Shown: positions 12,201 to 23,874 of the stretch, one piece after another
Layout of the letters: every line of letters starts with the position of its first letter
Position numbering within the stretch: the first letter of the stretch is position 1
Source of the DNA: Mobula hypostoma
Lineage: Eukaryota
DNA: 64,000 bases
Assembly: GCF_963921235.1 (NCBI RefSeq)
Contig: NC_086097.1
Coordinates: 85,314,001-85,378,000 of the forward strand
Direction: 5' to 3'
Translations under genes and position numbers: made by a program
Notes under the pieces: generated by a model
Seen by the model: only the letters and a program-made list of their open reading frames with translations
What the model was told of the DNA's origin: nothing
Databases searched by the model: none

Positions 12201-14257
12201 ACATCCATAAATTGCAAAACGTAATTTTACTGCCAGAGGTGGGAGTCTGGAATCAGCTGAGACCAGGGGTCATAGTCCAGAACTCAAGGATTCAGGCACG
12301 TGGGCATGTTTGCAGCCATAGCCAGGCTCTGGAGAAGTTATACCCTGCTCCCCTGAAACACTGTGCTGACTGAGCAACATATTAAAAGAATGGAAATGGA
12401 TGCAAATTTGGGTAATAATAGGAGTAATAACCAATCATCTGTAAAGTGCTCTGAAATCCCAAAAGGGAGCTGGATTATTGGAATTTTACTGAATGTCAGG
12501 TCTTTGCAAGTTAATACTATCTGATGTAGACCAAGATTGAAGGTCAGGGAAGACATGATGGAATTGTCCTTCAGCTGGCTTTTGAAGGTAAGGAGTTTCT
12601 CCAAGAGAATGAAGCATGACCTCATGTAAAGTGTTAAGTGAGCTGTTGCTGACTTTTGTTACAATAGTTGTGTTATCTGAAGAGGATTCAAACAATAAAA
12701 ATCTGCTTTTAAATACATTAACTTCTGCCACAAAACAGCTTCAAACTGTTTATTCTATGAGTATTGAACAATAGCGTGGTGTTTGGTGAATAAAAAAGCT
12801 TTTCACTAGCATAGCGCCTACTACGTCCTCCTAAGGGTCAGCAAAGAACACCTGTGGTTACAATGGTAGCAGGTAATTTGCAGCCAGTCTGTATGTAGGG
12901 AAGCTCCAAGAAATTGCATGCAGCACTGTTCATTCAATATGTTCTTCCTAGTAAGGACCTGGACCCATTGCAATTTGCCTATCGTCACAATAGGTCAACG
13001 GCAGATGCAATCTCCATGGCTCTCCACATGGCTTTAGACCACCTAGACAACACATACACCTACGTCAGGATGCTGTTCATCAACTATAGCTCAGCATTTA
13101 ATAACATCATTCCCTCAATACTGATTGAGAAGTTGCAGAACCTGGGCCTCTGTACCTCCCTCTGTAATTGGATCCTCGACTTCCTAACCAGAAGACCACA
13201 GTCTGTGCAGATTGGTGATAACCTACCCTCTTCGCTGACGATCAACACTGGCGCACCTCAGGGGTGTGTGCTTAGCCCACTGCTCTACTCCCTGTATACA
13301 CATGACTGTGTGGCTAGGCATAGCTCAAATACCATTTACAAACTTGCTGACAATACAACCATTGTTGGTAGAATCTCAGGTGGTGACGAGAGGGCGTACA
13401 GGAGTGAGATATGTTGACTAGTGGAATGGTGCTGCAGCAACTACCTGGCACTCAATGTCAGTAAAATGAAAAGCTGATTGTGGACTTCAGGAAGGGCAAG
13501 ACGAAGGAACACATACCAATCCTCATAGAGGGATTGGAAGTGGCGAGAGTGAGCAGCTTCAAGTTTCTCAGTGTCAAGATCTCTGAGGATATAACCTGGT
13601 CCCAACATATTGATGTAGTCATAAAGAAATTAGGAGTTTGAAGCGATTTGGCACGTCAACAAATACACTCAAAAACTTCTATGGTTGTACCGTGGCGAGC
13701 ATTCTGACAGGCTGCATCACTGTCTGGTATGGAGGGGCTACTGCACAGGACCGAAAGAAGCTGCAGAGGGTTGTAAATCTAGTCAGCTCCATCTTGAGCA
13801 CTAGCCTACAAAGTACCCAGGACATCTTTAGGGAGTGATGTCTCAGAAAGGCAGTGCCCATTATTAGTGACCTCCAGCACCCAGGGCATGCCCTTTTCTC
13901 ACTGTTACCATCAGGTAGGAGACACAGAAGCCCAAAGACACACACTCAGCGATTCAGGAACAGCTTCTTCCCCTCTGCCATCCGATTCCTAAATGGACAT
14001 TGAAGCTTTGGACACTACCTCACTTTTTTTAATGTACAGTATTTCTGTTTTTGCATATTTTTAAATAATCTATTCAATATACCCAATTGATTTACATGTT
14101 TATTTATTATTATATTTTATTTATTTATTTTCCTCTTTCTGCTAGATCAGGGGTCCCCAACCTTTTTTGCACTGCGGACCGGTTTCATATTGACAATATT
14201 CTTGCGGACCGGCTGACCAGTGGGGGGCGGGTAGGGTTGCCAACGGACAAGAGTAGC

Positions 14258-14293
14258 GGTCCTGACGAAGGGTCTCGGCCTGAAACGTCGACT
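14258..14293 (+). ncRNA. Minimal type I hammerhead ribozyme motif
   Basis: GGUC-CUGACGA-AGG(GUCUCGG)CCU-GAAA-C-GUC-GACU. Confidence 0.75.
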
Positions 14294-14389
14294 GCGCCTC
14301 TTCCTATAGATGCTGCTTGGCCTGCTGCGTTCACCAGCAACTTTGATGTGTGTTGCTTGAATTTCCAGCATCTGCAGAATTCCTGTTGT
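14262..14389 (+). mobile_element. Solo Penelope pLTR inserted in hAT, TSD TAGCGGTC
   Basis: TSD at 14254-14261 and 14390-14397; near-identical to the pLTRs in 48829-50157. Confidence 0.9.
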
Positions 14390-15608
14390 TAGCGGTCAAA
14401 TATGTTGGGTTTACCCAAAGACTACAATGACCATGAAGCCTTGCGTGGGCACAAGTGCGCATGCGTGACTCGCGCATTCGTGTACGTGCCAATTTTTTTC
14501 TATAAATCGCTTTTGCCGATTCTGTTCGGTGGGGGGGGGGGTGATAATCACGACTGGAATATAGGTGATAAGTGGCTAATACACTCAATTTCGTTTCTAA
14601 AAGTGTTTATCTAACGTATTTAATATTAAACACACAGCGCACATTTTCCTCGCATGAATATAGCGATAAGTCAATTATCAGGGGAGGACAGGGGAGCTTA
14701 AAGTAAGTGTTGAAAAAACTTCCAGTAGAAGTGGTAGAGGCAGGTTCGATATTATCATCTAAAGAAAACTTGGATAGGTGTATGGGCAGGAAAGGTATGG
14801 AGCGTTATGGGCGGAGTGCAGATTGGTGGGATTAGGTGAGAGTAGCGTTCGGCACGGACTAGAAGGGCAGAGATCGCCTGTTTCCGTGCTGTAATTGTTA
14901 TATAGTTATATAATTCAATAGCATCATAACATTTTAAGTAACATTTGGATATTAAACACACAGCACATATTTTCCTCGTATGAACATATAAAATCATTGC
15001 AACACACCAATATCGCTGAATCAGTGGGAGCCCTGGGCTTGTTTCCCTGCAACAAGACGGTCCTATCGGGGGTGATGGGAGACAGCGATACTCGAACGGG
15101 GTTCCTTATGTCCTGTCTATTCCGCAATTTAGTTTTCGTTGCATTCATTGCAGAGATATGTTGGAAATAGGAGCAACGTTTTTAGTGCTTTTGTGGCTAT
15201 CTCAGGATATTTAGCCTTGACTTTGATCCAGAATGCCGGCAGAGATGTTATGTCAAACATACTTTTCAGCCCGTCGTCATTTGCAAGCTCGAGGAGTTGA
15301 TCTCCTTCCCGCGCTGACAAGGATGACGCACGTGTAATGACCTCGCGTGTGTTCAAGCTCAACAGTGGCGGGACAGGGAATGAGGAAAGGTGCAGCTGAC
15401 TCATATCACCAAATCATATCGTTTCCTCGCGGCCCGGTAGCGCGTGCTTTGCGGCCCGGTACCGGTCTGCAGCCCGGTGGTTGGGGACCGCTGTGCTAGA
15501 TTATGTATTGCATTGAGCTGCTGCTGCTAAGTTAACAAATTTCACGTCTCAGGCCGGTGATAATAAACCTGATTCTGATTCTGAATGTTGACCAGAAGAC
15601 ACAGTAAT

Positions 15609-16053
15609 CATAGAAACATAGAAAATAGGTGCAGGAGAAGGCAATTCGGCCCTTTGAGCCTGCACCGCCATTTATTATGATCTTGGCTGATCATCCAACT
15701 CAGAACCCCGCCCCAGCCTTCCCTCCATACCCCCTGACCCCCGTAGCCACAAGGGCCATATCTAACTCCCTCTTAAACATAGCCAATGACCTGGCCTCAA
15801 CTGTTTCCTGTGGCAGAGAATTCCACAGATTCACCACTCTCTGTGTGAAGATGTTTTTCCTAATCTCGGTCCTAAAAGGCTTCCCCTTTATCCTCAAACT
15901 GTGACCCCTTGTTCTGGACTTCCCCAACATCGGAAACAATCTTTCTGTATCTAGCCTGTCCAATCCCTTTAGGATTTTATACGTTTCAATCAGATCCCCC
16001 CTCAATCTTCTAAATTCCAACGAGTACAAGCCCAGTTCATCCAGTCTTTCTTC
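15609..16053 (-). mobile_element. Young CR1 3' end
   Basis: ORF 15700-16128 C-terminal part nearly identical to 8064-8993; CATAGAAA repeats. Confidence 0.95.
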
Positions 16054-16182
16054 AGGAAAATGGTGGAGATCTGCAAGTCTGGATGGAATAAGTAGTTCCA
16101 AGAAATTTGAATTAATAATAATTAGCACAGGAGAAATTAATGGAATGAAAGTTGATAAATCCCCAGGACCTGTTAACCTATA

Positions 16183-17718
16183 CAGTGCTTATAAAAAGTA
16201 TACACTCCCTTGGAAAAATTCATGTTTCATTGTTTTAAAACATTAATCAGAAGGACGTACTTTGACTTTTTTTTTTACGCTGGTTAACAGAAAAAAACTC
16301 TTTTGTGTCCAAGTGAAAACAAATTTCTATAAATTGATTTAAATTTATTACAATTATTGAACAAAATAATTGATTGTATAATTACTCAGCCCCTTCAAGT
16401 CAATATTTAGTAGATGCATCTTTGCCAGCAATTACAGCCTTCAGTCTGTGTGGATAGGTCTCTACTAGCTTTGCACATCTGGACAATGCAATTTTATCCC
16501 ATTCTTCTTTACAAAACTACCCAAACTTTGTCAAATTGCATGGGGATCATGAGTGAACAGTCCATTTCAAGTCCAGCCACAAATTCTCAATTGGATTGAG
16601 GTCTGGACTCTGACTTGGCCACTCCAGAACATAAACTTTGGTGTTTTTAAGCCATTCCTGTGTAGCTTTGGCTTTATGCTTGAAGGCATTGTCTTGCTGG
16701 AAAACAAATCATCTCTTAAGTCGCAGTTCTTTTGCAGACTGCATCAGGTTTTCCTCCAGGATTTCCCTGTATTTTACTGCATTCATTTCACTCTGTACCT
16801 TCACAAGCCTTCCAGGACCTGCTACAGTGAAGCATCCACAGAGTATGATGCAGTCACCACCATGATGAACAGTGTTTAGTCTGATGGCCAAAAAGCTCAA
16901 TCTTGGTTTCATCAGATCATAGGACCTTCTTTCAGCTGACTTCAGTGTCTCCGACATGCCTTCCAGCAAACTCTACATGAGATTTCATGTGAGATTTTTA
17001 CCAATGGTGGCTTTCTCTTTGCCACTCTCCCATAAAGCTACAACTGGTGAGGCATCCAGGCACCAGTTGTTGTATGTGCAGCCTCTCCCATCTCAGCCAC
17101 TGAAGCTTGTAACTCCTCCAGAGCTGTTATAGGTCTCTTGGTGGCCTCCCTCACTAGTCCCCTTCTGCATTGGTCACTCAGTTTTTGAGGGTGTCCTGCT
17201 CCAGGCATATTTACAGCTGTGCCATATTCTTTCCATTTCTTGATGATTGACTTAACTGTACTCCAAGGGATATTCAGTGACTTGGAAATTATCATATATC
17301 CATCTCCTGACTTGTGCTTTTCAAATAACCTTTTTGTGATGTTGCTTGGAGTGTTCTTTTGTCTTCATGGTGTAGTTTTTGCCAGGATACTGACTCACCA
17401 GCAGTTGGACCTTCCAGATACAGGTGTATTTTTACTACAATCAATTGAAACACCTTGACTGCACACAGGTGATCTCTATTTAACTGATTATATGACTTCT
17501 AAAACCAATTGGCTGCACCAGTCATGATTTGGTGTGTCATATTTGTAATTAATTTAGATCACTTTGCGAGATCTGTTTTCACTTTGACACAAAAGACTCT
17601 TTTCCTGTTGATCAGTGTCAAAAAAGCCAAATCAAATCCATTGTGATTCAAAGTTGTAAAACAATAAAACATTAAAACTTCCAAGGGGGGGCATGGGTGA
17701 ATACTTTTTATAGGCACT
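16183..17718 (-). mobile_element. Tc1-like DNA transposon, near full length, decayed transposase (about 17368 to 16400)
   Basis: TA-CAGTGC(T)TATAAAAAGTAT / ATACTTTTTATAGGCACT-TA long TIRs; paired-like HTH SLNIPWSTVKSIIKKWKEYG; C-terminus ASTKY*. Confidence 0.92.
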
Positions 17719-17816
17719 TATCATGGACAAAATATGAAGGCACCATCACCAACTCCCACAGCCTGCAATGACCCTGTGATTTCTGTCTCAGAGGCCGACA
17801 CAAGAGAGCTTCCATT

Positions 17817-18309
17817 ACATAGAAACATAGAAACATAGAAAATAGGTGCAGGAGTAGGCCATTCGGCCCTTCGAGCCTGCACCGCCATTTATTATGATCA
17901 TGGCTGATCATCCAACTCAGAACCCCGCCCCAGCCTTCCCTCCATACCCCCTGACCCCTGTAGCCACAAGGGCCATATCTAACTCCCTCTTAAACATAGC
18001 CAATGAACTGGCCTCAACAGTTTGCTGTGGCAGAGAATTCCACAGATTCACCACTCTCTGTGTGAAGAAGTTTTTCCTAATCTCGGTCCTAAAAGGCTTC
18101 CCCTCTATCCTCAAACTGTGACCCCTCGTTCTGGACCTCCCCAACATCGGGAACAATCTTCCCGCATCTAGCCTGTCCAATCCCTTTAGGATCTTATACG
18201 TTTCAATCAGATCCCCCCTCAATCTTCTAAATTCCAACGAGTACAAGCCCAGTTCATCCAGTCTTTCTTCATATGAAAGACCTGCCATCCCAGGAATCAA
18301 TCTGGTGAA
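17817..18309 (-). mobile_element. Young CR1 3' end
   Basis: Uninterrupted ORF 17917-18300, near-identical to other young copies. Confidence 0.95.
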
Positions 18310-18339
18310 ACCTCGGAAAACGTCTAGCCCAGATGGTGT

Positions 18340-18501
18340 TAGATATGGCCCTTGTGGCTAAAGGTATTAGGGGGTATGGAGGGAAGGCTGGTGCAGGGTT
18401 CTGAGTTGGATGATCAGCCATGATCATACTGAATGGCGGTGCAGGCTCGAAGGGCCGAATGGCCTACTCCTGCACCTATTTTCTATGCTTTCTATGCTTC
18501 T
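18340..18501 (+). mobile_element. Short CR1 3' end, TSD ATGGTGT
   Basis: TSD at 18333-18339 and 18502-18508; same 3' UTR family. Confidence 0.9.
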
Positions 18502-19564
18502 ATGGTGTACCTGGCCAAGTACTAAATACCTGTACTGATCAAATGGCTGGAGTGTTCACTGTTATCTTTAAACTCTTGATTCAGCAGTCTGAGGTACCCA
18601 CCTGCTTCAAGCAGGCTTCAATTATATAGGTGCCCAAGAAGAACATGGAAACCTGCCTCAATGATGATCTTCTAGTGGGACTTACCTTCACTGTGATGAA
18701 GTGCTTCGAGAAGTTGGTGATGAAACTTATCAATCCCTGCCTGAGGAGCAACTTGGATCTGCTCCAGTTTGCCTATTGTCACAACAGGACAACAGTAGAT
18801 ACAATTTTATTGGCTCTTCGTTGTACCCTGGAACATCTGGATAGTGAAGATGCACACATCAGGATGCTCTTCATTGACTACAGCTCAGCATTCAACACTA
18901 TCATCCCCTCAAAACTAATCAATGAGCTCCAAGTCCTTGGCCTCAATACCTCCTTGTGCAGTGGATCCTTGATTTCCTCTCTTATAGACCCAAGTCAGTT
19001 TGGATTAGCAACAACATAACTCCACAATCACTATCAGCACAGGTGCACCACAAGGCTACGTGCACAGCTTCCTACTTTACTTACTTTATACTCATGACTC
19101 TGAGGTTAAACACAGCTCCAAAGCCATATTTAATTTTGCTGATGACACCACTGTCATTAGCTGAATTAACTATGTATTAAATCAGTATATAGTGGTGCTA
19201 CAACAACATCTCAATTAACAGCAGTAAGACCAAGAAACTGATGATTGAATACAAGAGGATGAAACCATAGGCTCATGAGCCAGTCATCAGGCTCTTGAAC
19301 CAGAGGTGATAACTTCACTCACCACAACACGGAACTGTTTCCACAAACTATGGACTAATGTTCAAGGACTTTTCTGCTCAAGTTCTCTATTTATTGCTTA
19401 GTTATTATTATTTTGTTTACTTTTTGTATTTGCACAGTTTGTTCTCTTTTGCACATTGGTTGATTGTCCATCTTGTATATCTTCATTGATTCTGTTGTGT
19501 GCCTTTATACTTACTGTGAATGCCTGCAAGAAAATGAATCTCAGAGTTGTATATGGTGACATAT

Positions 19565-20149
19565 TTAATTTAGCTTTTGACACTGATCAACAGTAGAATA
19601 CTCCTTTCTGTCAAAGTGAAAACAGATGTCTACAAAATGAACTAAATTAATTACAAATATAAAATAATAAATAATTGATTGTGCAAGTATTTACTCCCTT
19701 TAATATGACACACCAACTCATCACTGGTCAGCCGATTGGTTTTAGAAGTCATGTAATCAGTTAAACGGAGATCACCTGTGTGCAGTCAAGCTGTTTCAAT
19801 TGATTGTAGTAAAAATACACATGTATCTGGAAGGTCCAACTGCTGGTGAATCAGTATCCTGGCAAAAAACTACACCATGAAGACAAAAGAACACTCCAAG
19901 CAACACCACAAAAATGTTATTGAAAAGCACAAGTCAGGAGATGGATACATGATAATTACAAATTCAATGAACATCCCTTGGAGTACAGTTAAGTCAATCA
20001 TCAAGAAATGGAAAGAATATGGCACAGCTGTAAACCTGCCTCGAGCAGGATGTCCTCAAAAACCGAGTGGCCATTCAAGAAGAGAACTAGTGTGGGAGGC
20101 CACCAAGAGACCTATGACAACTCTAGAGGAGTTACAAGCTTGAGTGGCT
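19565..20149 (+). mobile_element. Tc1-like fragment (partial TIR and transposase N-terminus)
   Basis: ORF 19877-20143 MKTKEHSKQ...IPWSTVKSIIKKWKEYG, same family as 16183-17718. Confidence 0.9.
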
Positions 20150-20205
20150 GATAATAAATTTACTTTCAACTTTGAATTTTGACCTACTGCACACTATATC
20201 TTTGG

Positions 20206-20286
20206 GTAGGGGTTATGAACCTTGAGTCTATGGACCCCTCAGTTAAAGGTAGGAGTCCATAGCATAAAAAATATTTAGAAGCCCTA
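20206..20286. mobile_element. Degenerate short hAT-type MITE
   Basis: TAGGGGTTATGAACCT ... TTAGAAGCCCTA ends; internal TATGGACCCCT / AGGAGTCCATA inverted pair. Confidence 0.45.
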
Positions 20287-20464
20287 GCCTAGGGTTTTGA
20301 AGGAGGTGGTTATGGAAGACAATGGGTAAGTGGGTGTCATCCTCCAAAACTGCATAGACTATAGAATGGCTGTCACAGACTGTAAAGAGTTACTCTAACA
20401 CCAGTACTAGACAGTCAGTGAGACTTTAAAAAACAATTAAAAATAATAACAGAATTGGACAAAG

Positions 20465-23235
20465 TTATAGAGCATTACAGCACAGAAACAGGCCTTTCAG
20501 CCCATCTAGTCAATGTTGAACTATTATTCTGCCTCGTCCCATTGACCAGCACCTGGACCATTCCTCTCCCATCAATGTACTTACCCAAGTTTCTCTTAAA
20601 TGTTTAAAATCAAGCCCACATCCACCACTTCCACATGCAGATTGTTCAATGCCCTCACAACCCTCTAAGTGGAGATCTCCCTCAAGTTACCTTTAAATAT
20701 TTTACCTTTTACCCTTAACCTATGACCTCTAGTTCTAGTCTCACCTAACCTCAGTGGAATAAGCTTCTTTGCATTTATCCTTTCGATACCTCATAATTTT
20801 GCATATATCTATCAAACCTCCCCTCATTTTTCTATGCTCCAGATAATAAAGCCCTAACCTATTCAACCTTTACCTATAACTCAGATCCTCAAGTCCTACC
20901 AACGTTGTTGTAAATTTTCTCTCTACTCTTTCAATCTTATTGATATCTTTCCTGCAGGTAGGTGACCAGAACTAGACACGTATCTCCAAATTAGGCTTCA
21001 ACAACATCTGATACAACTTTACCATACCAATCCAACTCATATACTCAGTACTTTGATTTATGGTCAATGTGCCAAAAGCTCTCTGTACTTCCCTGTCTAC
21101 CTGTGACATCAATTTCAAGGAACTATGGATCTGTATTCCCAGATCCCTTTGTTCTACCACACTCCTTGGTGTCCTAACGTTCACTGTGTAAGTCCTACCC
21201 AGATCGGTCCTACCAGAGTGAAACACCTCACACTTGTCTGCATTAAATTCCATCTGCCATTTTCAGCCCATTTTTCTAGCTGGAAAAATTCCACCGCAAG
21301 CTTTGATGGTCTTCCTCGCTGTCAACTATGCCCCCTAGTCTTGGTGTCATCCACAAATTTGCTGATCCAGTTTACCACATTATCATCCAGATTTTGATAA
21401 TTACAAACAACAATGGATTCAGCACTGATCCCTGCGGCATTCCACTCGTCACAGACCTCTAGTAAGAGAAACTGGCGTCTATTGCAACTCTCTGACTTCT
21501 CCCACAAAGCCAATGCCAAATCCGTTTTACTACCTCATCCTGAATGCCAAAAAACTGAATCTTTTTGACCAGTCTCCCACGTGGGATGTGGTAATACATC
21601 TTGCTAAGAACCATGTGGACAACATTTCCTTCATTAATTTCCATGATAGCCTCCTCAAAAAACTCTTAAGTTTGGTCTAACACAACCTACCATGGACAAA
21701 GCCATTGTTGACTATTCCTAATAAGGCCCTGTCTATCCAAATACTTACATACTGATCCCTTAGAACACTTTCCAATAACTTACCCACGATTGATACTAGG
21801 CTCACCAGCCTGTAATTTCCTGGCTTATTCATAGAGCATTTCTTAAACACTAGAACAATATTAGCTGTCTACATTTCAGGCCAAGATCCTTAATCAGGAC
21901 TGGAAAGGAAAGGGAGAACTCAGAATAAGAAACTGGAGGAAGGGGAGGAAGAAGTACAAGGTGGCAGGTGATAGGTGAAACTGGGAGGGGGGAGGGGTGA
22001 AGTAAAGAGCTGGAAAGTTGATTGGTGAAAAAGATGGTGGGCTGGAGAAGGGAGAATTGGATAGGAGAGGACAGAAGGCCATGGAAGAAAGGGAAGGGGA
22101 GAAGCACCTGTGGCAGGTGATGGGCAGGTAAGGAGAGAGTGGGAAACAGGAATAGGGAATGGTGAAGGTGGGGAGGGGGAGGCAATTACTGGAAATTCAG
22201 GAAATCAATCTTCATGCCTTCAGGTTGGAGGTTACTCTGACAGAATATAAGGTGTTGCTCCTCCAACCTGAGCGTGGCCTCAACATGGCAGTAGAGGAGG
22301 CCATGGACTGACATGTCAGAATGGGAATGGGAAGTAGGGTCTGTTGGGATCATCTACTGTATCCACTGCTCCAGGTGTGCCCTCCTGTAGATTGGTGAGA
22401 CCTGACGTAGATTGGTAGACTGCTTTGCTGAGCACCTATGTTCTGTCTGCCAGAAAAAGCGGGATCTCCTGGAGGCCAGTCATTTGAATTCTACTTCCCG
22501 TTCCCATTCTGACATGGCCAACTCAGGTTCTGTGTAATATATTCTGCATTCTCTCTTATATTCTAGGTGGCTGCCAGCCTTATGGCATGAACTGATTTCT
22601 CTAATTGCCAGTAATTGTCCCCCCCCCCCACCATTCCCCATGCCTGTTTCCCTCTCTCACCTTATCTCCTTACCTCCTTCTGGTTCCTCTGCCATCTCCT
22701 ATCAGAATCCCCCTTCTCCAGGCCTTTATCTCTTTCACCAATCAACTTCCCAGCTCTTTACTTCGGCCCGAAACATCGACTGTTTCCTCTTTTCGATAGA
22801 TGCTGTCTGGCCTGCTGAGTTTGTCCAGCATTTTGAGTGTGTTGCTTTGGATTTCCAGCATCGGCAGATTTTCTCATGTTTGTGGAACAATATTAGCTAC
22901 TCTTCAATCTCCAGCACTTCATCCCTGGATAAGGATGTTTTACTACCTCTGCTAGGGCCCCTGCAATTTCTGGACTAGAATCCCATAAGGTCCAAGCGGA
23001 CACCCTGTCAGGCCCTCTGGATTTGTCTGTCCTAATTTGCCTCAAGACAGCAAGCACCTCCTCCTAAGTAATCTATACATGATCCTTGACCTTACTGCTG
23101 TTTTTTCTCAGTTCTATAGACTCTATGTCCATCTCCCAAGTAAATGCAGATCCAAAAAATCCATTCATGATCTTCCTCATTCTATTTTGTCCCCATGTAT
23201 ACTGTAGATGTACAGTTTTGTCCCTTGCTATCCTT
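20465..23235 (-). mobile_element. Old CR1 LINE interrupted by Penelope pair
   Basis: MEFNADKCEVFH, ISKFVDDTK, MNGFFGSAFT motifs on minus. Confidence 0.88.
21867..22884. mobile_element. Penelope-like element with inverted (tail-outward) arms, 14-bp TSD GAACAATATTAGCT
   Basis: TSD at 21853-21866 and 22885-22898; GIY-YIG remnant (IGET...AEHL) and pLTRs in both orientations. Confidence 0.88.
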
Positions 23236-23874
23236 TTGTTCTGTATGTCTGTAGAAGCCACTGTGCCACAGGCAGAACATTTTCAATTGGTGACTGATTA
23301 ACTTGTGTACAGATGGACCAGGCTGACTTCATACAAGAATCTCTGAACATTAAATTCAATTTCTGCAAGACAAAGCTACACTGGCCCTTATTGCAAGATG
23401 ATTTTGGTACTAGAGTAGACATTTCTGGTTTGGGTTTACTGTCTGCCAAGTTCTGATCTCAAATAAAGACCTTAACTCCCATCTGATATAAATAGATACA
23501 GGAGCCCTGACTATAGGGAGAATATACTGTAGCTACCAAGTCTTTAAAGGCTATATCGCTTCCCTGATTACTGTATCCTCCATGGCAAATTTAGATGCCA
23601 ATTTGAACAGTGGGTATCCTTCCCTACAAAGAGGAGATACTTCCAGCTAACAAAGTAGTTTAAACACAGAGGATTTCTATCTTATAAAAGAAGTACAAAT
23701 TGCAATTTTTTAAACACAAAGGATTTCCAAAACACAGGTATAATTCCTATAAGCTAAAAAGACATATCAACAAATTGCAGATGAATGAGTTGTCTGTCAC
23801 AGAAGTCAAAGGTAGAGGAATGGATTCTAATCACCCCAACATTCTGCCATTCTTCTTAATCACAATATGATTGA

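Larger units (their letters stand above)
14148..15493 (-). mobile_element. Non-autonomous hAT (Charlie/Buster) element with transposase C-terminal remnant
   Basis: TIRs CAGGGGTCCCCAACC / GGTTGGGGACCGCTG; 8-bp TSD TGCTAGAT (14140-14147, 15494-15501); ORF 15129-15404 FWIKVKAKYPEIATKALKTLLLFPTYLC. Confidence 0.92.
12945..15583 (+). mobile_element. Rex1/Babar-like LINE 3' half, 3' UTR interrupted by hAT
   Basis: [43 protein letters not shown]; tail GATAATAAACCTGATTCTGATTCTGA. Confidence 0.92.
17721..20182 (+). mobile_element. Rex1/Babar-like LINE (degenerate) hosting two CR1 insertions and a Tc1 fragment
   Basis: ORF 18630-19019 [25 protein letters not shown]; tail resumes at 20150. Confidence 0.85.

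Noticed and set aside
12360..12630. Possible exon ending AAG|GTAAGG near 12587
   Set aside because: Weak acceptor; the frame contains LLNVRSL, resembling a LINE APE endonuclease start, with an in-frame stop, so it is more likely an ancient repeat
23250..23460. Unique-looking segment with splice-like sites and a short ORF (MDQADFIQ...)
   Set aside because: No recognisable protein, weak signals, directly adjacent to decayed CR1
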